Shown here piece after piece: positions 50,646 to 63,305 of a stretch of 64,000 nt of DNA. The stretch lies in NCBI GenBank assembly GCA_964199315.1, contig OZ116699.1, positions 12,214,001 through 12,278,000 of the forward strand, given 5' to 3'. Numbering within the stretch: position 1 is the stretch's first letter; each line of letters starts with the position of its first letter. Under the pieces are notes generated by a model that searched no databases, was not told the DNA's origin, and saw nothing but the letters and a program-made list of their open reading frames with translations. This DNA comes from Orbicella franksi (lineage: Eukaryota). The translations under genes were made by a program, and so were the position numbers.

Positions 50646-53600
50646 TATCCTTTTTACTTCTCTCCACAAGGGCTAAGTACAGAGCTCCATCCCAAACGAA
50701 TTATTGCAGGGAAATACACTAACTTGATCAACAAAATCCCTCTTCAGTTATCCCTACTAAAAGACATAAAATACATATTGCAAAAACTTCCGTTAATAAG
50801 GACATATTGATGGCTGACTAGACAGACTTTACATTGGAGAGAAAAAACAGCATGAAAACAAACAATGTTATATTGAGTTGCCCTGGAAACCAATGTTATT
50901 TAACATATAAATATTGAAACTCCCCCTAATTTTAGCTCAATAGTTAACGATGCCGATTACTGAAAAAAAAAAGACCTTAGCGGAACAAAACTTAGGCGAA
51001 ATAAGTCTCTTGTTTGTTTAGCGTGAGCTTTATTGGCCATATGTTTCGCGACAAACGCGGCCGGTGTTAGCATCTCTTGTCTACTGTCACTGAAAAGGAT
51101 GATTAAAGTTTGCTAATGAACCACAGAACAAACGACTGTTAACATTATATACTGCCGCTGTCGGCGTGAGAACAGCACACAAAACTAGATCAAAAGAGGC
51201 AAAACAGATCAGCATTATCGCACAAATTCGCCACTCCTAAACCTCCTGTTGCCATAAACCTTGCGGTGAGTCTTGTGGTGATGATCGTTTTATATTTATT
51301 TTGGAAAAGTGTCCTTAATTTATTCTTTCCTAAAGAGGGCAAGATACACATATATAAGAAACCACTGCCATTTATCTGTTTGCCGTGTTATGTTTAAGTG
51401 CAAAAAGGAAATGTCCATTATTCATTTATGCTGTTAAAATGAGATCTAGTAAAATGACAATGCGATTGTAATTCTTTGAAAATGGAGTTTGTCTCATAAA
51501 TGTGCAAAAAAAAAACCCATCAACATTTGAATTTGTCGGTAAAATGTTTCAACGAATCTTCCGCACGGGACAAATTTAGAACTTTTTTCCACTTTCTCTT
51601 TGGTTTTACTATTGCTCGGAAACAACTTTTAGCCGAGACAATTATTACAGCTTAGGATTATTTTCCCTAAAAAAAGAGTGACATTTGAATTATAAGAGGA
51701 ATTAATCAAGACTACGGAGGGGTTTAGCTTTTGATCAAAATAGATGCTTTTGTTTTCAGTTGTGAGCTGATAAAACCAAAATGACTGATTCTTTACTCTA
51801 GGACTTTCATCCTTTAACAGTCCAGGCGAAAACGCTTGGTTAAAAAATTACAGAGAAAAGCAAAAATTCCTAAAATATATTAAAGATTGGCAGAAAGTAA
51901 GGGTTTTTTAAGGCCGGTACAAAAAAAGCGTTCGTCCGTATTCAAAAACAAAACTTTCACTAAGATTTTAGAAGCAAATCTGTCTAGAGATCTTTCCATT
52001 GAAAACTGAGCAGGAAGGAATTATCTTCTCGATCGGATTTTCTCTGTTCGTGACCATGTTACCATAGTTACATATTCTTCACTTGTCAAACACAAGTCCA
52101 TTTCGTGAAATTCGTTAATTACTTGTCTGGAGAGGTCATTTTTAGAGAAAATAGAAATAGTTTGTTCCTGTTCTGCGTCAAACGGACCTTGCTGTCGAGG
52201 TTGTAAAATCGACTCACATTATTGTGTACATGTAGAAAAACATTGAGATACTCACTTTTCGAGAAGGAATTGGAAACGGAAAATCAGCACTGTCGAGAGT
52301 AACTGATAATACCCACAGTGTGCCATCGCACGCAGCGTGCTACACAACACTGCTAACCAATGACAAAACAGCTCATCATTGCTTTTAAGAAGTTTATAGT
52401 GATTTAAGGAGTTTTGGTTTTCTGAAATTGCAGACATTAACAACAATAGGGCTGTTCTGATTGGAGTGTCTGACTTTATTTAGTTTGTGAATATCGTATG
52501 GAGGTTTTTTCGCTTTTAAATGTCAACAAAGTGTATTAGTGTTTTCATCAATTATCGGATGCTTTTACGTTGCAGCTGCCTCTGGATATCAAGCAAGTAG
52601 CGAACAAGGAGGAAGATTGAAGAAATATCTGCTTTCGCTTCTCTTCGGTAGGTGGTTTTGTAATTTAGCCCTACTCACTTGTATTGGTTTTGCCTGGTGT
52701 AAAAAAAAAAACATTGCTGCACCAGCTGTGCACGTTTCTACCTTTAAACAATGTTTACAGAAAACAACAATGACGGTGTGCGCGCATAAAACTTGAGAAT
52801 TTTCAATTATCATGACTTGTTATGTTTTCAGCACCATTTCCACCAGCCAAGATAAGATTTTAAGTTTGTGGCTAATTCTTCGCCAATTGTTGCCTTTAAT
52901 GAATTTTCCATTTCACTTGTAAACTAAAGTTGGATTTAATCAAGGGCAACAGAAAGGGCTTGTGAAACTGTTGCAATTACCTGAGCTTTGACCGTGCTAT
53001 TCTGAATAGACACTGTTCAAAATTTCCTTCCTACTGAAGGGATCGTAGAATGAGAATTTTTTCACATTACTATTCAAAATGAGATTCTAAAGGCCTATGG
53101 AAATATCTTAGTAAATCACACCGTGCGAAAATAAATGAAAAGTAAATATGTGAAAACCACAATACTACGCGAGACATAATAATAAGTAAACAATATTGCA
53201 CTTTATGATTTCAGAGCCTTGTTTGGCACGTTTTCTCTAGAAAAAACGTAAATGTGGCTCCTTATTTGTCGTCACTTGTGTTATAATGAAAAAAAAGATT
53301 TACCCAATACACAGTTTTGGCATAAAATGACAAGTTTAATCTCAAGCAAATTTTTATGTCTAGTAGCATAAGATACAAACGTAAACAAAGAAGTGACACA
53401 AAGATTTTACATTTGCTGAACCAATTTAAACATTTGCCACTCTGAATTATGGTCCAATTAACACAACGTGGTCATGCTTATCTTTTAAAAAAAATGGTGT
53501 TTGTACTCATGTGTAAATATACAGACACCCTTTTTCTAATTAACAGGATCGTTTTTATTTAACAAGTATTATTACTTTATTAATATTTTATCAACCTATC

Positions 53601-55235
53601 ATTTTGTGAAGTGAAATTTAATTAATTAATCGGTCTAAATTTTGATGGGCTCATGTTTCTCCCATATACATTCAAAAAACGTCCACCATAAGAATCGTGT
53701 ATGCAGAAAAACAATTCTCCTTTACTACAGAACAGAAATCAGTTTAGAAGACAGTAGCTGCAACACAGCTGTCTCCTTGGTCAGCGGTTAGGAGACGGAA
53801 CTTATTTTATTTTTTTGGCCGCTGTTCAATAAACACAAAGGTTATGCAAATACCAGTGTCATAGATAGAAGATCTACTATTAACCTTACAACTTCTTATC
53901 TTACAAGTTCTTATCTTCCTGCGACTTACATCATCGAACGTTTGCTCATTTCACACCGTTATGGAGGTGACCTGCATCAGCGACTTGCAGCAACGGAGCA
54001 GTACTGAAAGCACGCGTCGCAATCGACAGCACGGAAAATTTGTGGTCCACATGTTCATTATTCTGAATCTTCAAGTCTTCCTAGTGGTTAAAAAAAGTAA
54101 ATTTGCCTCCGGAGATAAAGCTGTTGGGTATAATTAATCAAAATTGTGCTTCACGAAGTATTGATGAATAATTCATCAAAATTAAACTGAAAGTTACGCT
54201 AGCTTCACGCAAACTTACCCGTTTAATAAAAACACTATTAGTTACAGTCAGTAGATAATGTTGTGCTCCAAACTCGTGGTTCTTATTTAACTTGGTTTGG
54301 AAAGAAAAGTGACATTTTCGTATCAACATCACACTTTCTCAATGAACTTCATTCGCCGCTTCTTTTGCCCCGAGCAATCCTAGTTTATTTCATTATTCAA
54401 AATCCTTTGTTTTTTAGTTTAAGCAGTGTTGCTAAATGATTACGTGAAAAGTATCTCTTTAGAAAACCCGAAATAAGAACACCTAGGACAAATGAATGAG
54501 TGAATGAATAAAAACATTGATTGAAGTTGACCGATCTTTCAAAACCACCTGGAAAATTTGGCAAGATAATAATCCCTTCCCAACCAATTCGCATGAGAAT
54601 ATTAAGTGCAAGAAAATGAAACAGCGCACATTGTACATGAATCAGCTGTTAAGCATTCGAGAAACTGAATATGTTCACCTTTATTAAATAAAGGTGCTAT
54701 TGGCACACCAGGACCCAATATCTTAATGCCTTTTTGTGTACTTGAGAGTAGTAATTTCAAGGGTCAAAATCTATGAAAACTTATTTCGCGAACGTAGATT
54801 TAACAAAGGCGTCCGTTTAGCCACCTTAGTTGAAATCTTTTGTGCATCGTTTATCGCACATTAGGAAGCTTTGTTCGCGCGTAAATTACCCGTGGATGCA
54901 GTTTGGCACAATCATGCAAATTTAGAGCGAATCTATGTTGCAATGTTGTTAAGTTACCGGTTTCATTAGTTTCACATCGATGCGCTCTTTTTCACCAGTG
55001 AACCGACATGCTCTCTAGATTTCAGACTTGCGCCATTTGAGCTTTGCGGAATTGCGCGCATTTCCTCAAATTTCGAGATTCGACGAGTATATTTGGAGCA
55101 ATATTCTAACAAAGAAGAACAGTTCCGTATCCTAGAAAAGTTATAAGCTTTAAAAACACAAAGATATTGTTTGTTTATCGCCTCGGATTTACATTTGTTA
55201 ACATTTGGACTGTATCTTGTTGCGTTCAATCAGGA

Positions 55236-56351
55236 ATGGATACAATGGTGAACCTTACAAACGCGACGTCAAGTGTATTGACAGAAGCTGGGCCATCATC
55301 CACCAGCAACATAAACCCGGGACCAACAAATATCGTGGCAGCTTTGTTCGTCGCACTGCAGATTGTAGTTGCTCTTGGCGGAAATTTCATCGTCATTGCA
55401 AGCTTTTACACATTCAGAGATCTTCGCACAAAATGCAACTTCTTCATTATCTCTCTAGCAATCAGCGATATTCTGGTGGCCTTGATCGCCATGCCGTTCT
55501 GGTTAACCCTCCAGCTGACCCAGAATAAATGGATTTACGACACGAGACTCAAACAATTTTGGGATTGTATGGATATTCTGTGTGGAACTGCGTCCATCAT
55601 GAACCTGACGGCGGTGAGTTTTGACCGCCAGTTGGCGATCACGTCGCCGTTCACATATGTTAAAATCCTGACAACTCGGCGCGCTATTTGTATCATATGC
55701 TTCGTATGGTGCTACGCTGCAGCCATTTCATCCTCGGTGCTAATCCAAAGCCCTAGACACAACTGGCCATATCCCAGTTATCTATGGTTCGTATCCATTG
55801 CGAGTTTCTTTCTACCTTTAGTTATAATGCTGGTTATGTACGCTCGGATTTACCTTGTGGCACGGTACCAGGCTAGGCGCATCGGAAGAAACTACGCAAC
55901 AGATATTAAAGCCGCAAAGACAATAGCAGTTGTGATCGGAGGATTTGTAATCTGTTGGCTCCCGTTCTTCATAGTCGTTCTGTCGTTCGCAAATCGAGTG
56001 AACTTTGGGCTCACTTTTCTTAACGTAGCCAAGTGGCTAGAATACTTAAACAGCTGTCTGAACCCTGTTATTTACACTTGTTTAAACCGAACTTACAGAA
56101 ACGCGTTTAAAAAACTGTTTCGCCGCTGCCGCTCAAAAATCAAAAGAGATCACAGAGAACACTCAAGCGGCAATACCTTGCTGACAATGGGCGAGACAAA
56201 AGCGCCGATGACACCTGAGGAACGCGAAAGCTTATATACTCAAAACGGGCCTAAAAGCCCAAACCATGAGGGCCACGAGGACCTAAATGAAAACATTCCA
56301 CTCAAAGAAAACCTCACCGATTCAAAAGTGCTGACAAACTGTAATAAATAA
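55236..56351 (+). CDS. Class A GPCR, biogenic-amine-receptor-like, 371 aa, paralogue of 20290-21324
   Basis: Seven TM segments with GGN, LAISD, D3.32, DRQ, CWLPFF and NSCLNPVIY. N-glycosylation sites NLT and NAT. Acceptor CAG ends at 55233, two nt before the ATG (an alternative in-frame ATG is at 55245). Long blocks are shared with the first GPCR (RDLRT, AMPFWL, ASIMNL, DIKA, KWLEYLNSCLNP, TCLNRTYR). Confidence 0.95.
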   Translation: MDTMVNLTNATSSVLTEAGPSSTSNINPGPTNIVAALFVALQIVVALGGNFIVIASFYTFRDLRTKCNFFIISLAISDILVALIAMPFWLTLQLTQNKWIYDTRLKQFWDCMDILCGTASIMNLTAVSFDRQLAITSPFTYVKILTTRRAICIICFVWCYAAAISSSVLIQSPRHNWPYPSYLWFVSIASFFLPLVIMLVMYARIYLVARYQARRIGRNYATDIKAAKTIAVVIGGFVICWLPFFIVVLSFANRVNFGLTFLNVAKWLEYLNSCLNPVIYTCLNRTYRNAFKKLFRRCRSKIKRDHREHSSGNTLLTMGETKAPMTPEERESLYTQNGPKSPNHEGHEDLNENIPLKENLTDSKVLTNCNK

Positions 56352-58778
56352 AACAATGTACTAGACCCATTCAGCCCCTAGAAACTCTGCATTTTTAAAG
56401 TATCATGTACAAGACTATGATCCGAGTAACATCCATCAGTTAAAAGGAAACTTAAGCGACGTCAAGACTCTAAGAGACAAATAATGAAAACAAAACAGAA
56501 ATAAGGAAAGTATGAAAGTGTGCTTCAAATAACAAATATTACAACACCTTATCCAGAAACGGTTGAAAACAAAAAGAATTCAGCATAGTTCGGTCGAGAG
56601 CTTTGAACAAATTTATTAAAGAGTCATGACCTTTTGACGGCGGAGAATAATAAAGATGTCGGAAAAAGTCAGTCAAATATTTTGAACTATAAAGTAATGT
56701 TTATCGTTCGATATTCGTAAATACCTCCAGGGTAAACAAAGTTAAGTGTAAACTCAAAGTATTTGTAGAATTTTTAAGACATGCCTAAATTTCAGAAACA
56801 TGTGTATCATTAAAGAGTTAGTATGACTGGTTTGAAATGCTTGGTGGAGAAAGCCGGCTGCATGGAACAGAAAGATTGAACTATAAATAGGACAAAAATA
56901 TGACAGATCATCCAAATTAAAACTTAATCTACAAACAAATTAAAGTTCATGTGTAACTTAGACGTGTTCAAATTAGCAAAGACGTATAAGGGAAAAGAAA
57001 GACGTGTTCAATTGCACATACTGATATAATTTACAGCTTAAAAACCCTAAAACGGAATGAAAGCAAGTTCGGTTGATACACTTTCTTATCTCATAAGTTG
57101 ACTGAATTCAATTTTGTTTTGTTCCTCTATCATTATGGGCACATTATGGGCACATTAAAACGCAGTTGTATTTGTTTACCCAAGTTCTCAGCCAAATTGA
57201 ATTGCATAGCATTCAAAAGATCTCACAGAAACTACACTAAAACAGTTAATGCAATGTTAAATGAACGATCACAAGGTCGTACTGGAATAAGCGGATTTTT
57301 AAACTAGGTGACATTTTCGACCCTGATGACAAAGATTCGATAAACAGTTCAGTAAGTGGTGAGTTAGCAGGGATGAATAGAAATTTCTCGAGTGATTTCA
57401 ACTGTTGATAATAGTGGCCAAGTTTACTGGCAGATTTATCACTTCATAACTTCATAACTTAATTCGCCAAAACAGGCAAGGTAAATACCAGAAAAAGGAC
57501 CCTGTGATCAACTACTACAACAGATTTTTTAGATCGTCCATGAAAATTCAAGATAACAAGCAAAACTACAGAGCTATTTAGCACGGACGTGTGGAATGTT
57601 CAAATTGTACTCAAATATAAGCAAGCACAGCCTCTACTTTCACTGACTGAACAAGAAAGGAGAATTAAAACATGAGACAGCCGTTTCTTCCTAGAGGATC
57701 ACACGTTACTTGTTCTAATCAGTTGACCTCGACACCTTGTCAAACTGTGATTAATAACTTCATATATTTCCCCGTCATAACCAGAGCGTTTGTTTATATG
57801 TATATCTTCCGTTCAGTTCATAGCCTGTGGCACTCAGCAGGGTTTGACGCGCTTCGCTGCTTGCTTTGTGGCATGCCGAAACCCATAAATGGCAATGACG
57901 GATGGAGGGCGCGAGGGCAACATAGAAATACGCCTACCCAAGCTGACGGGGAATGTTGGCTACGTTCCTGTTGCCTCAAACAGAGCTTGCCTGTTTACGA
58001 GTCATAAAAAAAAAGATAACACCATCATTGCATGTTTTACATATTTGTCTCTTTGGACAATATGGGTCACGAAAGCAGAGAACTAGAAATTATCAGAAAG
58101 TCAATGTATTGGTGCAGCGCAATCAAAGACATATTAAGATTTGAAAATGATCAGCAAAAATAATATTTTGGTATCAAATAAGGTAAGGTACCCGTAAACA
58201 GGCTTCTTACTTTGGCCGCAAAGAGCGAAAAAAAAAAAAAAAAAAACTTCGGCATGCACGAGGAGCCAGCCGAGCGCGGACTGGGGAGAAGGTTCTCGAA
58301 GCGAGATCTTTCTCCCCCAGATCGCACTCAGGTCGTTAGCCTCGCCGAATGTTTCTTCAGTGCTCCGACACGGGGCCTGTATATCGGTCTGATTCACGAA
58401 GAAAAATAACACTATTGAAATGGTAAGCTATGCACCTTATGCTAAAAACCACAAGGAACAGTCACATCATGCCAGGCAAACACCATTGATTTTAGCGTCT
58501 TCATATTTGAAATTTGAGAGAAAATAGAGAACTTCACTAAATTAAGTGGAATAAGTTTCTTTAAATCAGATCGTCCATCTTAGTCACATATGACAACGTT
58601 AAGAGGAACGTTCAGAACAAAAGTAATTCCTCAACATTTTTTTGTACAAAATAAGTACGAGTCGACATACCCAGGAAATCTGTAACCACTACAGCTTCAT
58701 AGTGCATTGTCACTCTCTACTCGTCATCGAATGTTTACTTTCTCAGTGTTCCTTTACAATACACGACAGTTTATTTGT

Positions 58779-61700
58779 TCACTTGTTACTTTGTGCCGGC
58801 ATTTCATAGCCGAGAGGATCCAGATTATTTCCCAGCAATGCTAACGATGTTTCCCTGAATAGCGATAGCATCTTCTGTAGCTCGTCTTTCCTGAATACCT
58901 GGCAAAAAAATAAATGTATAATTGAGCCCAATAGCACATACATGGATGAAAAGGTTAAAGAGAGCATGAAGAGATACAGATCTTATACCTAACGTAATCC
59001 CTCTCAAGCTATATTAAGACATGGTACCCAGTTCATCCGCGGACACTGTTATCACCCACGTTGCGTGGATGTTTTCGCGGGGGATGAAAATGCGTGTAAA
59101 GCCAATCGAACTGTCCACATGAGAAAACTTTGGGTCATACGAATGGTTATTTCTGGACCCTGCTGGGATTTCCGAACCCTGGAGTGACTAAAAATAGCTT
59201 GAGAGGGATTACCTTGAGAATAATGTCTATATATGGGTGATAAACCCACTTACCCAACATCACATAAGCTGTAAATAAAACTCAGACTGCATTTAAGATG
59301 TTACGTCGTCATCCTCACTGATACTATTTTTCGGAGTAATGACCGACTGAGCCCGCGATCTTATTAACATTATAACGCGAGGAGACAGCTTTGGTATGTT
59401 CGTAAATACTCGCACAATTTTCTGATAGGTCAACAACCAGAAACCATTCTGGAGTTTTTATGAGGGTCACAGGAGGGATGATCTTACCTCATAAAGCTGG
59501 TATTGTTCTGAGGTAATAACATCAGCGAGTTGCAAACACTGCAACAGAAATCACAGTCAAAAGTTATCTCAAAAACCCTCACACAACTCAGAGTACTGGA
59601 CTGTAAAAAACACTAATCTCCTTTATCGGAGCTAACCGTCCTTTTCAGCTTGCAGCTCAAGTATCTCTAAGAAAAAATAAACCAAGAGCGACTATTTAAC
59701 ACGCAGGATTTGTCGCTAACCTGTTTGTACTGTCGTGTTGAGTGAAGCACGTTATGAAGCAGGTAACAGACGAGTGGAATGCAAAGCTGTCTTAGCAACT
59801 CTAGTTGATGAGTGCGGTTTGAATCTTCCTCGTCGTCCTAAAACCAAACAAAATAGGCACCTTTAGTTCAGAACGATTTTTGAATTTCAAACCAGTGAAG
59901 TTTCCAGAACCCTCGCTCTTCATGTTGGTTTTAGGTAGAGAGGGTAGCTCATGGCATGAGATGGGTATGTGACGTGATAATGTAGAGCCTTCAAAGTAGA
60001 ATTGAAAAGTCGTACTCGTACACAAGTCTGATCTCCACTAATGCTAATTCTTTCAATCATTAGGTCGACATCAGATCATTAGTTCTCTTAAAAATGAAAG
60101 GAGAATTGCCTTGTTCGTCATTGCAATCAACCCGGGATTAACATATAAACCGAGACAGTTTATCTCAGTATACCCAAAATACTACGAAAGTTCAGATTTG
60201 GTGAAAATCAGAAATGAAAAAAATGAAGCAAGCGTTATCAGTCAAACCCCATAGTGCGAACATAAACAGCATACTCTTACCGCTCTGTGATCTACCATCC
60301 AGCCTCCATCAGGGAATAGAAGAACGTTGTAAATTTTTTCCACTGTGGCCTAAACAGCAAATAAAATACGTTACATATTTCAAAATGAGTAAATCGACAA
60401 ACAATATAAACATCATGTCCAACTCTTTTACCTTTGTATGAATGTCAAGTGAGTTCTTCCATCTTCCAAATTCCACCTGCAGTATGCAATGATCAGTCAA
60501 AAAATCAACCAGTCAGTTACATTTGTACGGCAAGCACAGTGATCAGTAATCCCACCCTTCAAAAACGCCACCAACATCTGGACGCATTGTATTAAAGGGT
60601 GAACGTTACCTCGTACTGTTTAAGCTGCTGCTCGTATGCCACCTTCTCCGTGAAATTAGCGTGACCTTCGTGGCGTGGCTTTGGCTACGACAGAAAAGAA
60701 TAAGAATAGTAGTAGCCCTGTCTAAAGGCTGCAGGAACAAATGCACCAGCAGACATCAAAAGTAACAGGTTTGACTTACTGGGACGCTGTGATGAAAATG
60801 CTGAAACCAATCATTAAATGCATCCAGTGCCTCCTGCATAATAAATTGGTAACGAAAACAGTAAATAAAACCATCATCGATAACAATTATCTGTTACGAC
60901 TAGCACATAATGAGTAACACATTGGAACCAGAAACCCCAATCTGATCCTTTAAACCGATCAATGTAATACACTTACCAAAAGCATGAAAATCTATTGGTA
61001 AGATTACAGAGGATGGCAGAATTGACTTACCAAGTAAGCTTTGATGCACAGATATTCACGTATGGCATTGTCATCACCAGCAGGTAACGCGCTAGTTCCA
61101 CCCTGTCAAATGTTCACAAACAACAAACCTAAGAAACACTAAGCTCACTGGGTCAGGAACGTTCCACCTTAAGCTTGCGTTTTCCAATGGCTGCAAGCCA
61201 GCAACTTTGTAGAGAGGTCTGGGGAGATACACATCTGATTATCTATAACATATGCGCTGAGTAGAAATCAGGTACATTTTTCAAACATGATACGGAGGTA
61301 TTGTGGTGAGATTGTTTCAATGGTTGACCTGGATGATATATTTTTAAATGTTAACTGTAATCTCAACTTTCATTTGTAAATGTAGGGGTGAAGGGAAGGG
61401 GGGGTGGGGGGGAAGAGGGCAACCCTCTACGTCTCAGTCCCTAAGGTGGAGCCAGTCTCTCAGGTGGAACCCTGCACCCTGTTAAACGAGAATTAGAACA
61501 ATTTTTCACTTAATGAAAATCAAGACAAAATTGTGCGTGTGATTGACAGACCTAATTCCCTACTGAGAAGAAACCACTGGAAGAGCTAATTAAAAAATTA
61601 ACGATAACGATCCCAAAGTAAAAGCAGAGAAAGCAGAGTACTGACCCTAACTTGCCACTCTTTATGAATCACGTGAATGGAGTCAGCTGGAACCCTCTGA

Positions 61701-62700
61701 AAAACTTCACGTGCTGCGGCGTGCTTTCTCGTGGCTATTCAAATAAATGAATAGCACGAACATCAATAGACAATTCAAAGATTAAAGATTTCACCAAAGA
61801 TACCACAACCTTGTCAATTTAGCTTAACTAAACCTTGATTAAAAGGATCTTCGAGATAGAAAACTATCTCTCAGGGTAATAATACGAAGTCACAAATGCA
61901 GGGCAAATTTACTCTCAGTGATCGAAGCCAATGTTAATAAAGTTCTTCCAACTTGTGCAATGTACAATAAGTTATGTATGGTGACGTCAGAGGGTTTCAA
62001 CTCACCAATAAAGCAGCGCATGATGGCGTTACTTTGTTTCAAAGCTTCACTTCGCTGGGATGGATCAAACACCAGCCATTCAATGGCTTCTATCTTTTTG
62101 CGGTCCTCCTACAGAAGAAAAAGTGTCGTACATGTGGGACAGGTTCCCTTTCGTACTGTTAAAACCTTACAAGTCAGCTTGTCATCTCATCCACTATGAT
62201 GCTAAGCAATAGCCGCGAACTAAGTCATTCCTTTTGACCTCTGGAGCGAGGAAACTCTCTCGATTGATAAAAACAATCAATGGCCGCGGGGTATAAAAAC
62301 TACATCATATGAATTCGCGGCAATACACGGACCGTAAAATAAAAGATAAAACTAACATCTACGTCAGTACTAAAATGTAAACTTATGTTCACTTGTGAGT
62401 AAACTTGTGAGTTTGTTTGACTACACAGAGTAGGCATGTACAGCTACAGAAAATGGCCACACTTTGCGACAGATGGCCAGTTCCATATCCTCTGGGACTG
62501 CTCGAGAAAAAGCTGTCCAGATCCTAATACTACGACTTCAGCCATTTGTTTAACCAGCACAATGTCGAAAATATCCTGTCCAGAAGACACGACAATATTT
62601 GAAACAACACACTAAAGAATCAAAGACATCTGCACTGACTCACATTTGAAGTAGCAGCCTCCAGAGCAGGTGATGTGTCTCTGTCTACCTTAAAATCATC
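58779..62700 (-). CDS. NUP107: Nuclear pore complex protein Nup107, C-terminal 283 aa (last 11 coding exons; 5' part outside window)
   Basis: GT-AG exons are 62700-62644, 62108-62006, 61734-61646, 61102-61031, 60833-60780, 60684-60610, 60476-60432, 60349-60281, 59837-59721, 59538-59488 and 58898-58779. They join in frame (852 nt). The product includes [59 protein letters not shown] and [11 protein letters not shown]...[19 protein letters not shown], matching the Nup107 C-terminus as I recall it (CLQLAD...LDPLGYE). Confidence 0.95.
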
Positions 62701-62974
62701 CTAAAGTGAATGACAAAACAAATGCTCTAGCAAATGGAATTGCAATTTACAATGCTCACATCTGCAAAGATTTGTACATTTGTGCGAAACAGTTCGACAA
62801 ATATCTGAAGTGTGGAATAGCGCACAGACCTAAAACTTGGAAAAAATTTCTTCTTTATTTATCTTCTATGGGATCACTTCATCCACCTAATGATTTTGAT
62901 TTGTTTTTATTTCGTGACAGTGAAAACGACCTACTGACTTTCAACACCAGTTTTACAAAAATCAAGAGTTCGGA

Positions 62975-63127
62975 AATCGAGCGTTCAATTGAGTTCCATT
63001 AACCAATTTTTTCTGTGCGAGTTCGATATCGTTGGATAGCCGAACTTTATCGAACTCAATCCACGGACTGGGTTCGATTAGTTCGTTTGAAATTCAGTTT
63101 AATTGGGTTCGATTGACTATGTCGGGA
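62975..63127. repeat. Partial interspersed repeat with GTTCGA/TCGAAC sub-repeats
   Basis: Repeated (G)AGTTCGAT / CGAACT units ending in TGACTATGTCGGG. It lies in a Nup107 intron. Confidence 0.45.
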
Positions 63128-63305
63128 TCATTGCGGGGTTTTTTTTTTTTGGGGGGGGGGGGGGGGACGAGGAAAGGCATCTTTCTGGGCGAGTGTAAAT
63201 ATCACGGGGCGTGTGCATTTTGAGTCACTCTCTCGAATGGCGAGTGTTGTTAGAATTTAGTTTCAACACAGTAATAACAAGAATTTTCGTATTTCATTAT
63301 AAATA

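Noticed and set aside
59024-59188. Exon-like open frame inside the last Nup107 intron
   Set aside because: Nup107 already splices colinearly with known homologues without it, and it lies within the inverted-repeat-bounded segment.
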